43,560 nt of DNA from IMG/VR virus record IMGVR_UViG_3300011335_000142, positions 1-43,560 of that record; one strand, 5' to 3'. A program made the translations under genes and the position numbers. This document shows positions 27,684 to 37,443 of this stretch, one piece after another; within the stretch, counting starts at the first letter, position 1; the number at the start of each line of letters is the position of its first letter. A model generated the notes under the pieces. It made no database searches. It saw nothing but the letters and a program-made list of their open reading frames with translations, and was not told the origin of the DNA. The DNA comes from a virus (Duplodnaviria; Caudoviricetes).

Positions 27684-28949
27684 ATGGCTCTAGTCCTTGG
27701 TGATCGCGTACAGGAAACCACTACCACTACTGGTACTGGGACTGTAACGCTTGCTGGTGCTGTACCTGGCTATCAATCGTTTGCCATCGTTGGGAATGGC
27801 AATACAACATATTACAACATTACTGATGGTACGAATTGGGAAGTAGGAATTGGGACTTACACGTCTTCTGGAACTACTCTTAGCCGAGACACCGTTTTAT
27901 CTTCTTCTAATAGCGATGCACTGGTAAATTTCCCAGCAGGAAGCAAAAACGTCTTTGTGACGTATCCAGCAGAAAAAGCTGTCTATACAGATTCGCCGAG
28001 CAGTTTTGCGTTCAAGAACCGTTTTATCAACGGGCAGATGTTTGTTGCGCAGCGCGGTACATCTGGGACATCGGGCGCTGCTGTCCCTACTACTGCGCCT
28101 GTTTATCCGTGTGTTGACCGCTGGTATGCGTATGCAACAGGAGCAACCGTAACCGTAGCCCAAGTAGCTGGCTCTGGCGCAATCCAATACAACCTGCGGG
28201 CAACAGGCGCGGCATCTGTAACGGCAGTCGGTATTGGTCAGCGTATTGAGCAAGAAAACTGCTATGACATGGCTGGCAGCACAGCTACATTATCAGTAAA
28301 CATTTCTAACTCTTTATTGACCACGGTCACTTGGACTGCAAGCTACGCAACCAGTGCGGATACATGGTCAGCTAAGACCCAGATTGCTACAGGCACATTC
28401 ACGGTTACCTCTACGCTGACAAACTACAGTGCACAAATTAGCATTCCAGCGGCAGCTACAACCGGTATTGAAATATTGTTTACTGTTGGCGCTCAAACTA
28501 GCGGGACTTGGGTTATTGGTAATGCTCAGTTGGAAAAAGGCGGTGTAGCTACTTCATTTGATTACCGCGCATATGGCACAGAATTGAATCTGTGCTATCG
28601 GTACTACTACAAAATTTTACCGGGGGATGTTAATGTTGCATTTGGTGCTGGAGGATTTTCCAACACTGCAACAGTGGCTTTTGTGCAGAACAATTATCCA
28701 ATCCCATTGAGAATTACTCCGTCTGCTCTTGAACAAAGTGGGACTGCCGGTGATTATCAAATTGGTTCAACCGGAGTAAATATAAACTGCACTTCTGTCC
28801 CAATATATGTATCTTCTACGACAAAATATACTTTTTTTATACAGTTAACAAGCACTGCGGGTGGCATGACTGCGGGTCGTTATGCATACATAAAAACTGG
28901 AACTGTAACTGGCGCAAATGGATACCTTGCTTGGAGTGCTGAGCTATGA
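27684..28949 (+). CDS. Tail fibre / receptor-binding protein
   Basis: DRV.ETTTTTGTGT N-anchor, FKNR.ING...V.QRG, DRW, QLEKG.VATSF, EL.LC.RYY. Confidence 0.8.
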   Translation: MALVLGDRVQETTTTTGTGTVTLAGAVPGYQSFAIVGNGNTTYYNITDGTNWEVGIGTYTSSGTTLSRDTVLSSSNSDALVNFPAGSKNVFVTYPAEKAVYTDSPSSFAFKNRFINGQMFVAQRGTSGTSGAAVPTTAPVYPCVDRWYAYATGATVTVAQVAGSGAIQYNLRATGAASVTAVGIGQRIEQENCYDMAGSTATLSVNISNSLLTTVTWTASYATSADTWSAKTQIATGTFTVTSTLTNYSAQISIPAAATTGIEILFTVGAQTSGTWVIGNAQLEKGGVATSFDYRAYGTELNLCYRYYYKILPGDVNVAFGAGGFSNTATVAFVQNNYPIPLRITPSALEQSGTAGDYQIGSTGVNINCTSVPIYVSSTTKYTFFIQLTSTAGGMTAGRYAYIKTGTVTGANGYLAWSAEL

Positions 28950-29098
28950 AGTTCCAAATACTTATGACAGATGAAGATGGTAATGTCATATACGCCCGCA
29001 TTGACGATGACGGTAAGTGCCGCCTCACTTGCACAGAGAAACACCCAGAGTTTCAAGAGTGGATTACCCAAGGCAACACACCATTACCGGCTGACTAA
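28946..29098 (+). CDS. Putative tail-fibre assembly chaperone
   Basis: Own translation ending FQEWITQGNTPLPAD, typical of small proteins following tail fibres. Confidence 0.6.
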   Translation: MKFQILMTDEDGNVIYARIDDDGKCRLTCTEKHPEFQEWITQGNTPLPAD

Positions 29099-29100
29099 TC

Positions 29101-30138
29101 ATGTTCGGTCTTGCACCATTTGGTACACCATTTAGCGCACCAGGGAATTCGTACTCTGTTTACGCTTTCTCTGGTGGCTATGGCGGCAACTTCTACGGGT
29201 ACGGCCCGTATGGAATCAGCGTCACCAGCGATTTATTGATAGGTGGTTTTGGATACGACAAGTCTTTATCTGAGTCAGGGTCAGCATCAGATGCTGAGTC
29301 AGCAACTACAACGCTTGGCCTGACCATATCAGAAACGCTGTCAGCGTCTGACGTTCTAACCAACATTGCCACAATGGTGGCAAGCATCTCAGAGTCAGGG
29401 TCTGCGTCTGATGCAATAGACACCAGCCTGGTGGCAGTCGCATTTGCCAGCGAGTCTGTAACTGCATCGGACTCACTCAGCAGCACTATCGTATTCTTGG
29501 CGCTGGTATCTGAAAGTGCAAGCGCAGCAGACGCGCAAGTCTGCATCTTGACGATACCGGTTCAAGTGTCTGAGACAGTTAGCATATCTGATGCAATCAC
29601 AAACGTATTGCAGGCAGTGGCGTCTGTTTCAGAGTCACTCACAGCGTCAGATGCAAGCGTAGGCGCATTGGATATGGCTGTTGCTGTAGCGGAGGCATTG
29701 ACAGCATCAGAGTCAATATTTCCGACGTTCACATACCAGGTATTTAACGCTGAGTCTGTGACTGCATCGGATTCGTCAACGATGACCGCGACATTCTTAG
29801 TGGATGTCGCTGAGTCTTTGGCAGCGATAGACGCCTACGAAAACATCGGAATATTCGTAGCCAGCATCTCTGAGTCCGGTTCAGCATTGGACGATTACTT
29901 GCCAGGCTTGGATTTCCTCGCGTCAATTTCCGAGGCTGCAAGCGCACTGGACTACATCACTCAGAGGCTCAAATGGGAGCCGGAGCCAATTGCTCCAGAA
30001 ACGTGGACAGATTCCGGTACATCTACCACAACATGGATTACGCAGTCTCCAAATACGGATAGCTGGTCTATAATTTCTGACAACACCAACACTTGGACAC
30101 CATTAGGCGCAACGTCCAAGGATTGGACAACCCAATGA
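29101..30138 (+). CDS. Fibre-like virion protein with twelve 20-aa repeats
   Basis: (S/A)E(S/T/A)x(S/T/A)Ax(D/E) every 60 nt; Trp-periodic C-terminus. Confidence 0.65.
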   Translation: MFGLAPFGTPFSAPGNSYSVYAFSGGYGGNFYGYGPYGISVTSDLLIGGFGYDKSLSESGSASDAESATTTLGLTISETLSASDVLTNIATMVASISESGSASDAIDTSLVAVAFASESVTASDSLSSTIVFLALVSESASAADAQVCILTIPVQVSETVSISDAITNVLQAVASVSESLTASDASVGALDMAVAVAEALTASESIFPTFTYQVFNAESVTASDSSTMTATFLVDVAESLAAIDAYENIGIFVASISESGSALDDYLPGLDFLASISEAASALDYITQRLKWEPEPIAPETWTDSGTSTTTWITQSPNTDSWSIISDNTNTWTPLGATSKDWTTQ

Positions 30139-30146
30139 GGTAAATC

Positions 30147-31127
30147 ATGGCTGATACCACGACGACCAACTTACTCCTTACCAAACCAGAGGTAGGAGCC
30201 TCAACTGATTCCTGGGGAACGAAGATAAATACGGACATGGGGTTAATTGACTCAGTGTTCGATGCGGCTGGAACCGGAACCAGCGTCGGTCTCAATGTGG
30301 GGTCAGGGAAAAAGCTAAAGCTGGTCGGTGATGTCATTGACACCAACGGCAACGAGTTGCTGAAGGTGACGGCCACAGCGTCTGCTGTGAACGAGTTGAC
30401 ACTTGCAAATGCAGCTACTGGTAACGCACCAGCGTTATCTGCTACAGGTGGCGACACAAACATTGGCATTGCACTTACGCCAAAAGGAACTGGTGGTGTT
30501 GTATTCCCAGCGGGTGCAGTTGGTACTCCTGCCATCACTACTACCGGCGACCTCAACACCGGCATCTTTTTCCCCGCTGCTGACACCATTGCATTTGCTG
30601 AAGGCGGTGCAGAGGCTATGCGTATTGACTCCGCTGGTGCTGTTTTTATTAATGCAACGTCAGCAAGTAGTTTTTCTGCTGGTGCAAGGCTGTCAGTTTT
30701 AGGCATTGAGGGAGAATTTTCAGCAGTATTCCGTGCACCTAACACGGGAAACTATATTGTGCTTTCCTGCGATAACCCAAATGGGCAAGTCGGAAAAATT
30801 CAAACAAGCGGTTCTGCAACATCATTTTTAACCTCATCTGATTACCGCCTAAAAGAAGACATTGCTCCTATGACCGGAGCCTTGGCTAAAGTAGCTGCGC
30901 TCAAGCCCGTAACGTACAAATGGAAGGTTGACGGAACTGATGGTCAAGGTTTTATTGCCCATGAATTGCAGGAGGTGGTTCCTGATTGCGTAGGAGGCAA
31001 TAAAGACGCTGTAGATGCAAACGGGAATCCACAGTACCAAGGAGTTGACACCAGCTTCTTGGTTGCAACATTGACCGCCGCCATCCAAGAACTTACAGCC
31101 CGTGTTGTGGCGCTGGAGGCTAAATAA
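30147..31127 (+). CDS. Tail fibre with C-terminal peptidase S74 autocleaving chaperone
   Basis: [22 protein letters not shown] anchor; [27 protein letters not shown]. Confidence 0.85.
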   Translation: MADTTTTNLLLTKPEVGASTDSWGTKINTDMGLIDSVFDAAGTGTSVGLNVGSGKKLKLVGDVIDTNGNELLKVTATASAVNELTLANAATGNAPALSATGGDTNIGIALTPKGTGGVVFPAGAVGTPAITTTGDLNTGIFFPAADTIAFAEGGAEAMRIDSAGAVFINATSASSFSAGARLSVLGIEGEFSAVFRAPNTGNYIVLSCDNPNGQVGKIQTSGSATSFLTSSDYRLKEDIAPMTGALAKVAALKPVTYKWKVDGTDGQGFIAHELQEVVPDCVGGNKDAVDANGNPQYQGVDTSFLVATLTAAIQELTARVVALEAK

Positions 31128-31360
31128 TGGAATTCCAGCCAATGTTCAACTTCGTCGGTGGCGCGATCCTGGTCGCTGTTGGCTGGTGGTGTAAAGAGAT
31201 ATGGGATTCTGTCAAAGCCTTGAAGGAAGACATCAAGGCCATTGAGATTGATCTGCCCAAAAACTACGTCAGCAAGACAGACATTGAGAGCCGGTTTGAC
31301 AAAATCGACGCGACCTTGGAGCGTTTATTTGATCGGCTAGAGAACAAGGCCGACAAGTGA
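31127..31360 (+). CDS. Small TM + coiled-coil protein (lysis-cassette/holin-like)
   Basis: One N-terminal hydrophobic helix, LP.NYV.K.D motif. Confidence 0.55.
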   Translation: MEFQPMFNFVGGAILVAVGWWCKEIWDSVKALKEDIKAIEIDLPKNYVSKTDIESRFDKIDATLERLFDRLENKADK

Positions 31361-31524
31361 TTTCTCTGCTTGCCTCGGCTGAAAGCCCTTGGCCTGGCAC
31401 TGAGACAAAGACGGTTTTGGTTTGTCGTATCCCTAAGAAAGATGAGGACAAGATGCTTAGAGCAAATGAGTTTATGGACAAAGATGGACGCATCTGCCGC
31501 TGGGCGGTAGTGAACGCAAAGTAA
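31357..31524 (+). CDS. 55-aa hypothetical protein
   Basis: Own translation (GTG start) ISLLASAESPWPG...DGRICRWAVVNAK; coupled at both ends. Confidence 0.5.
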   Translation: MISLLASAESPWPGTETKTVLVCRIPKKDEDKMLRANEFMDKDGRICRWAVVNAK

Positions 31525-32014
31525 TGGACCCGTTTACCGCATTCGCTATGGCACAAGCTGCTGTCGCTGGCATAAAAAAGCCATTGCTCTTGGTAAAGAC
31601 ATCCACGGCCTATACAAAGAATTCAGCGGTTTTTATCAAGCAGCGGATACAGTTCACCTAGCGAGCAGCAAAGCCAGGATTGCAAGCATAGGAAAGACAG
31701 ATGCACAGATCAGCGCCCAGGCACTCCAGATCGCGCTGGCATCCAAGGCTTTGCGAGAGCATGAGAAGGAACTGAAGGACATACTTTTCTATAGTGGCAA
31801 TGCTCCGGTCTGGGAAGAGATGATGGCAGAGCGCACCAGGATGATCAAGGAGCGCAACACGATGGAAAGAGAAGATTCAGAACGCAAGCAAAAGGACAAG
31901 GAAGCAAAAGTGGCAATCATCATGAACACACTCTGGATTTCCGGTGCATCCGCTATCGTTGTCCCACTGATCAGCGTCACGTTTCAAGTTATCACAAACA
32001 GAGGTTTCTCATGA
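31524..32014 (+). CDS. Membrane-anchored helical protein split by a -1 frameshift at A_AAA_AAG (31574-31580)
   Basis: Frame 0 gives MDPFTAFAMAQAAVAGIKK and stops at 31661; the -1 frame continues AIALGKDIHGL... into the 31751..32014 ORF. Confidence 0.7.
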
Positions 32015-32523
32015 TTCCAATCATCGGCGCACTACTCGGCACACTGGCTGAAAACGGTCTGGGGCTGCTGTCCAGCGCTATCCAAGCCAAGGGCAAGGAA
32101 GTTGTAGAGAACACGCTTGGCATCAAGATACCCGACAACCCGACACCGGCTGATGTTGAGAAGCTGCGAGACTTGCAGTTCAAGCATGAAGAGCGCCTGA
32201 TTGAGTTGGGCATCGAGAAAGCCAAGCTAGAGTTGGCCGAGATGGAGATGCTGGCAAAGGCGGCTCAGAATGACGCCGACAACATCACAGATCGGTGGGA
32301 GGCAGACATGAACTCTGACTCCTGGCTCTCAAAAAACATCCGGCCAATGAGCCTAATTGCCATCTTCATGGGCTACTTCCTGTTCGCCATGATGTCGGCC
32401 TACGGCCTCAATGCAAACGAGTCCTATGTGACCCTGCTGGGTAACTGGGGGATGCTGATCATGGGCGCTTACTTTGGTGGCCGCACCGTAGAGAAACTGG
32501 CAGAGATGAGGAGTTCAAAATGA
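32011..32523 (+). CDS. Putative holin (GTA 3TM-holin-like)
   Basis: DSWLSKNIRPM, two hydrophobic helices, GAYFGGRT.EK; adjacent to endolysin. Confidence 0.7.
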   Translation: MIPIIGALLGTLAENGLGLLSSAIQAKGKEVVENTLGIKIPDNPTPADVEKLRDLQFKHEERLIELGIEKAKLELAEMEMLAKAAQNDADNITDRWEADMNSDSWLSKNIRPMSLIAIFMGYFLFAMMSAYGLNANESYVTLLGNWGMLIMGAYFGGRTVEKLAEMRSSK

Positions 32524-32858
32524 GCCTAAGCACTGAACAAGCAGCGTTCCTGCTGGACTTCTGCAAGCTGGTGCAGCACGCCACCAACGAAGGTTTCATG
32601 GTCACTGGTGGCGAGTTGGCGCGTACACCGGAGCAGCAGGCTATCTACTTCAAGACGGGCCGGTCTAAGACTATGAACAGCATCCACCTCAAGCGTTGCG
32701 CTGCTGACCTCAACTTCTTCAAGGACGGGAAGATCATCTGGGACAAGGCTATCCTGGCTCCGATTGGCGCGTACTGGGAGAGCCTGCACCCGAAGAATCG
32801 CTGGGGTGGAAACTTCAAGAGTCTGGTGGACTGCCCGCACTTTGAACGAAACGTATGA
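32520..32858 (+). CDS. Endolysin, peptidase M15 family
   Basis: RT.EQQ, S.H....AAD, WGG.F...D.PHFE. Confidence 0.88.
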   Translation: MSLSTEQAAFLLDFCKLVQHATNEGFMVTGGELARTPEQQAIYFKTGRSKTMNSIHLKRCAADLNFFKDGKIIWDKAILAPIGAYWESLHPKNRWGGNFKSLVDCPHFERNV

Positions 32859-33508
32859 GCGACTACACCGGCCAGATCACAACGCCAGCGCAGCCGAATC
32901 TCGGCAACCCTGGCGAGGTGTATGACCGCCTGTTCTTTAGCCAGACACTCAGCAACATCGGGAACTACGCCAAGCGCATCACAAACGCCCTGGGAGCGTT
33001 ATTCGGACCGCGTGGGGGTAAGTACCTCAACGCTCCATATGGCGCGTTCCAGGACTCCACAGACCAGGCTGCGGCCAACACCACCACGGCCTACGCCATC
33101 ACGTTTGACACCACCGACTTCAGCAATGGCGTCACGCTCTCAAACTCCTCTAGGCTGAACGTATCGCAGTCTGGCATCTACAACGTGCAGTTCAGCATCC
33201 AATTCAAGAACACCACCAATGACACGCAAGACGTAGATTTGTGGTTTAGGAAGAACGGCACAAACATTGACAATTCAAACAGTAGGTTTGGACTCAGTCC
33301 AAGAAAGTCATCAGGTGATCCATCTCACATGATTGGTGCGCTGAACTTTTTTGTCAGTTTGGCGGCCAATGACTATGTAGAGATTATGTGGCGGCCATCA
33401 GATGTAGGAGTCAGCATCGAACACTTTGCCGCCAGCAGCACGCCCACCAGACCGGCAGTACCGTCAGCCATAGTTACACTGTCGTTTGTCTCCAACCTAT
33501 CGGTGTAA
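32855..33508 (+). CDS. Tail-associated structural protein
   Basis: Beta-rich, GIYNVQFSIQF and W.RKNG motifs; upstream of tail gene. Confidence 0.6.
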   Translation: MSDYTGQITTPAQPNLGNPGEVYDRLFFSQTLSNIGNYAKRITNALGALFGPRGGKYLNAPYGAFQDSTDQAAANTTTAYAITFDTTDFSNGVTLSNSSRLNVSQSGIYNVQFSIQFKNTTNDTQDVDLWFRKNGTNIDNSNSRFGLSPRKSSGDPSHMIGALNFFVSLAANDYVEIMWRPSDVGVSIEHFAASSTPTRPAVPSAIVTLSFVSNLSV

Positions 33509-33510
33509 TC

Positions 33511-34989
33511 ATGGCACTCATTCCTCTCAAGATTCCCCCAGGCGTTTACCGCAACGGCACAGAGTACCAGGCAATGGGACGCTGGTACGACTCCAACCTG
33601 GTGCGCTGGTTTGAAAATACCCTGCGACCCATTGGCGGGTGGCGGGTGAAGTCCACGTCTGCCATGACGGGAATCTGCCGAGGCATCATCACCTGGCGAG
33701 ACAACAGCGCGGCACGCTGGGCGGCGATGGGTACTCAGTCCAAGCTGTACGCGATGAATGCACTCGGGGTAGTCAAGGACATCACTCCTACTGGATTCAC
33801 CACTGGCTCTGCTGACGCCACCGGCACAACCGGCTACGGGTACTGGACATATGGCAGCCTGTCTTATGGCACAGCGCGACCTGACACCGGATCAGTACCG
33901 GCCACCACCTGGAGCCTGGACACCTGGGGCGAGTACCTGGTGGCTTGCAGCAGCACAGACGGCAAGCTGTACGAGTGGCAGCTAGGTTTCACGACTCCCA
34001 CTATCGCGGCTGTCATCACCAACGCACCGACAAGCTGCGCGGCGCTGATGACCACCAGCGAGCGCATCATCTTTGCCCTGGGCGCATCGGGTAATCCGCG
34101 CCTGGTGAAGTGGTGCGATCAGGAGAACAACACGACCTGGACGGCGGCAGCCAACAACCAGGCGGGTGACTTTGAACTGGCAACGCCAGGGTCTCTAAGG
34201 TGCGGCAAGCGCGTGCGAGGCGTCAACATCCTATTTACTGACACAGACGCGCACGTCGCCAGTTACATCGGCCTGCCATTCGTCTACAGTTTTGAGAAGG
34301 TGGGCAGCGGGTGTGGAGTCATCTCCGCGCAGGCGGTGGCGGCCATCGACACGTCCGCGATGTGGATGAGTCAGTCGGGATTCTGGTCATACGACGGGTA
34401 CGTCAAGCCTATGCAGTGCGATGTCGGGGACTACGTCTTCAACAATATCAACTATGCCCAGGCGTCCAAGGTCTACGCCGTCCACAACTCTACCTATGGC
34501 GAGGTGACCTGGTTCTACCCGTCACTGTCCTCCACTGAGAATGACAGCTATGTCACCTACAACTACCGTGAGGGGCATTGGGCTATCGGGATGATGGCTC
34601 GCACAGCCGGAACAGATCGAGGCGTATTCGCCAACCCGCTGTTTGTCAGCACCGACGGGTACATCTACGACCACGAGGTCGGCTACACCTACGACTCGGT
34701 GGCTCCCTACGCGCAGTCCGGTCCGATTGAACTCGGGAACGGCGACAACGTGATGGCCGTCAGGTCAGTGATACCAGACGAGCAGACGCTGGGCGAGGTC
34801 CTGATCTCATTCACGGCCAGGATGTACCCAACATCGGCAGAGACAAGCTACGGCCCGTTCAGCGCGAAAGCCCCAACCGATACCCGATTCTCAGGACGGT
34901 CAGTCAAGATGAAGGTCACCGGAAACGTGCTGGACGATTGGCGGGTCGGCGTGATGCGGCTGGAGGCTACATCGGCAGGGAAACGGTAA
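33511..34989 (+). CDS. Tail tubular/nozzle (stabilisation) protein
   Basis: MALIPLKIPPG start, WSLDTWGEYL, WCDQE, beta-propeller-like, R..GR...K...WRVG..RL C-terminus; precedes ejection module. Confidence 0.75.
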   Translation: MALIPLKIPPGVYRNGTEYQAMGRWYDSNLVRWFENTLRPIGGWRVKSTSAMTGICRGIITWRDNSAARWAAMGTQSKLYAMNALGVVKDITPTGFTTGSADATGTTGYGYWTYGSLSYGTARPDTGSVPATTWSLDTWGEYLVACSSTDGKLYEWQLGFTTPTIAAVITNAPTSCAALMTTSERIIFALGASGNPRLVKWCDQENNTTWTAAANNQAGDFELATPGSLRCGKRVRGVNILFTDTDAHVASYIGLPFVYSFEKVGSGCGVISAQAVAAIDTSAMWMSQSGFWSYDGYVKPMQCDVGDYVFNNINYAQASKVYAVHNSTYGEVTWFYPSLSSTENDSYVTYNYREGHWAIGMMARTAGTDRGVFANPLFVSTDGYIYDHEVGYTYDSVAPYAQSGPIELGNGDNVMAVRSVIPDEQTLGEVLISFTARMYPTSAETSYGPFSAKAPTDTRFSGRSVKMKVTGNVLDDWRVGVMRLEATSAGKR

Positions 34990-35348
34990 TGGAGGATTTC
35001 TGGCGGTTGGCACAACACATCGAAGCCGCCTTAGAATACTCAGCAGGAACCCACACTCTTCAAGATGTTGCGCAGGGTGTAGAGGAGAACAGATTCCAGC
35101 TATGGCCTGGAGTCAAAAGCGCAGTCATCACAGAGATCATTGTCTATCCGCGACTCAAGAATCTGCATTATTTTCTTGCTGGCGGCGACCTAGATGAACT
35201 CAAGCGGATGCGACCACACATCGAGGCTTGGGGTAAGCAGATTGGTTGCACGCGAGTTACCTTGGCTGGCCGTAAGGGTTGGGCAAGGACGTTTTTAGCA
35301 GACGAGGGATATGCCCCGAAGTGGCATATTCTGAGCAAGGAGTTGTAA
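34989..35348 (+). CDS. Copy 2 of the 17..376 gene
   Basis: Differs from copy 1 at 2 aa. Confidence 0.75.
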   Translation: MEDFWRLAQHIEAALEYSAGTHTLQDVAQGVEENRFQLWPGVKSAVITEIIVYPRLKNLHYFLAGGDLDELKRMRPHIEAWGKQIGCTRVTLAGRKGWARTFLADEGYAPKWHILSKEL

Positions 35349-35350
35349 CA

Positions 35351-36676
35351 ATGGACGCATGGGATTTCAGACAGCAAGCCTTAATGGGTGGCGCTTATGC
35401 GCCCATATTGGGTAACTTCCCATCTCCTACGCGACCGCAAAGTGCAGTTGATTTAGGTCCTGATACGTCATCTACTTGGAGTTCGTCTTACCCGACAACA
35501 ACGGCAGCACCAGCGGCATCTGCTGCTACAAGCTACCGCTACAGCCCACGCACTTCTACTGGTAGACGCAACCGTTACGCGGAGATCATGTCCCAGTATG
35601 AGCAGTCTCAGCCGTTTTCGTTCTTTGGTTACCCAGAAAGCTACTCAGGCGGGTATGACGTTGCGCAACCCCAGGCAGCAGCACCCGTCACTCGCTACGA
35701 GGAGATCATGGCGCAGCCAGCTATGGGCGGTGGTGGTGGACGTGGTATGCCAGCAGATGAAGGTGGAACATTTACTGAACCCACCAGCGAGCAGGCGTAC
35801 AACGTGTCTACTCTTGGAAGAAATTTAAGGTATGTGTCTCCACTGTTTGGAGGATTAGCCTCCATGTATGGCAATTACTTGGCAAGCCAAGTGAATCCCA
35901 ATTACAGCAATGAAGGCAGAAACTATCCTGCGCCAACTGGTGGGTTTTTGAGTTCAGAAGCAGCGCCATCAGCATCAACTGGCACATTGAGTTTTGCTCC
36001 TCCAACTGAGGCGCAATATGGAGCATATCTTGCTCAACAGCAAGCAGATGCCGCAGGGCGTGAATATGGTACTGGCGCTGTACCTCCAACCATGACCCAG
36101 AATCAGTTTGCTGCGCAATATGCTGCATACGGTGCTGGACAGCAACCAGCAGCATCAACTGGTGGATTTACGCCATACAGCGGGACACAGAATGCTGTGC
36201 GTTCATATGACGCAATGGGTAGAGAAATATCACCAAATCAGGCTGCTTTGAGTGGGGCTAGTGTGGTTGTGTCTGATGCAAGATCAGCAGCAGAGGCCCA
36301 AGCTAGAGCAGATGCCGCTGCACAGGATGCACGAGTAGCGGCGTTTGATGCATCAAGAGAATCCACAAGAAGTGGCGGTGGCGGCGGCATGGGAGGCGAT
36401 GGTGGCGGTGGTGTAGCTACCGGAGGCAACAACGGTGACGCATCAGGCGGTGGTGATCGCGGAACACGCGGTGGCTTTGCGCAAGGCGGTCACGTCTCCA
36501 TGATGCACTTGCAAGGCCCGAACCCAATGGGTCCTGATGACGGCTACGCTGCGCTCAAGGATGGCGAGTTTGTCATCAACGACAAGGCAGTCAAAAAATA
36601 CGGTATCGAGTTGATGCAGGCCATTAACTCGGGCAAGATTTCAAAGGGCAAGCTGCGCGGCTTGCTCGAAATGTAA
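35351..36676 (+). CDS. Ejection protein B, copy 2 (441 aa)
   Basis: Shares RNRYAEIMSQ..QSQPFSFFG and the C-terminal ~60 aa with copy 1; the rest is unrelated. Confidence 0.7.
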   Translation: MDAWDFRQQALMGGAYAPILGNFPSPTRPQSAVDLGPDTSSTWSSSYPTTTAAPAASAATSYRYSPRTSTGRRNRYAEIMSQYEQSQPFSFFGYPESYSGGYDVAQPQAAAPVTRYEEIMAQPAMGGGGGRGMPADEGGTFTEPTSEQAYNVSTLGRNLRYVSPLFGGLASMYGNYLASQVNPNYSNEGRNYPAPTGGFLSSEAAPSASTGTLSFAPPTEAQYGAYLAQQQADAAGREYGTGAVPPTMTQNQFAAQYAAYGAGQQPAASTGGFTPYSGTQNAVRSYDAMGREISPNQAALSGASVVVSDARSAAEAQARADAAAQDARVAAFDASRESTRSGGGGGMGGDGGGGVATGGNNGDASGGGDRGTRGGFAQGGHVSMMHLQGPNPMGPDDGYAALKDGEFVINDKAVKKYGIELMQAINSGKISKGKLRGLLEM

Positions 36677-36686
36677 GGAGAACGAT

Positions 36687-37433
36687 ATGTCGAAAGGCGG
36701 CGGCAGCACTACAGCAACCACAGCAATTGACCCTGATCTGAAGGCGGCTTATCTCCGCAATGTCGGGCAGGCTCAGAGCGTTGCGGGTGCATTACCTGTT
36801 CGGCAGTTTGCAGGGTTCAATCCGCTGTACACGGCTGGCGAGCAGCAAGTCACGAATGAGGCTCTGACACCATTTACTGGCGAGTCCATCCAGCAGTTTA
36901 TGAACCCCTATGAGACTGACGTTATCCAGCGTGCATTGGCTGATGTCGGTGGCGCATTGGATACCCAGCGTCTCAAGGACCGGCAGGCGGCTACCGCTGC
37001 ACGCGCCTTTGGTGGTTCACGCCAAGGCGTGCAGGAGTCACTCACAAATGCCGCAGCCATCAAGCAGGCGGCTGATACCGCAGCCCAGATGCGTGCCGCT
37101 GGTTACGGGCAGGCGGCTAACCTGGCTCAGTACGCCAAGGGTGCGAACATATCCGGCGGCCAGGCGGTGATGGGACTGGGCGGTGCGCGTCAGCAGTTGG
37201 AGCAGGCTCAGATGGATGCGTTGCGCAACATCGGCCTGGAGAAGCTGCAGATTGCCACTGGTGGACTCAGCACCAGCTTGCCAAACCTCGGCATGACGCA
37301 ATCTCAGCCGTACTACAACAACCCGTTGTCAGGCGCTTTGGGTGGTGCATTGGCAGGACAGAGATTAGGCGGTGCAAACTATGGTGGAACCGGCGCGCTG
37401 CTAGGTGGTTTGCTTGGATACTTTGGTGGATAA
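36687..37433 (+). CDS. Ejection protein C, copy 2
   Basis: Same length as copy 1, about 18 substitutions by manual count. Confidence 0.8.
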   Translation: MSKGGGSTTATTAIDPDLKAAYLRNVGQAQSVAGALPVRQFAGFNPLYTAGEQQVTNEALTPFTGESIQQFMNPYETDVIQRALADVGGALDTQRLKDRQAATAARAFGGSRQGVQESLTNAAAIKQAADTAAQMRAAGYGQAANLAQYAKGANISGGQAVMGLGGARQQLEQAQMDALRNIGLEKLQIATGGLSTSLPNLGMTQSQPYYNNPLSGALGGALAGQRLGGANYGGTGALLGGLLGYFGG

Positions 37434-37443
37434 GGGGAACAAG

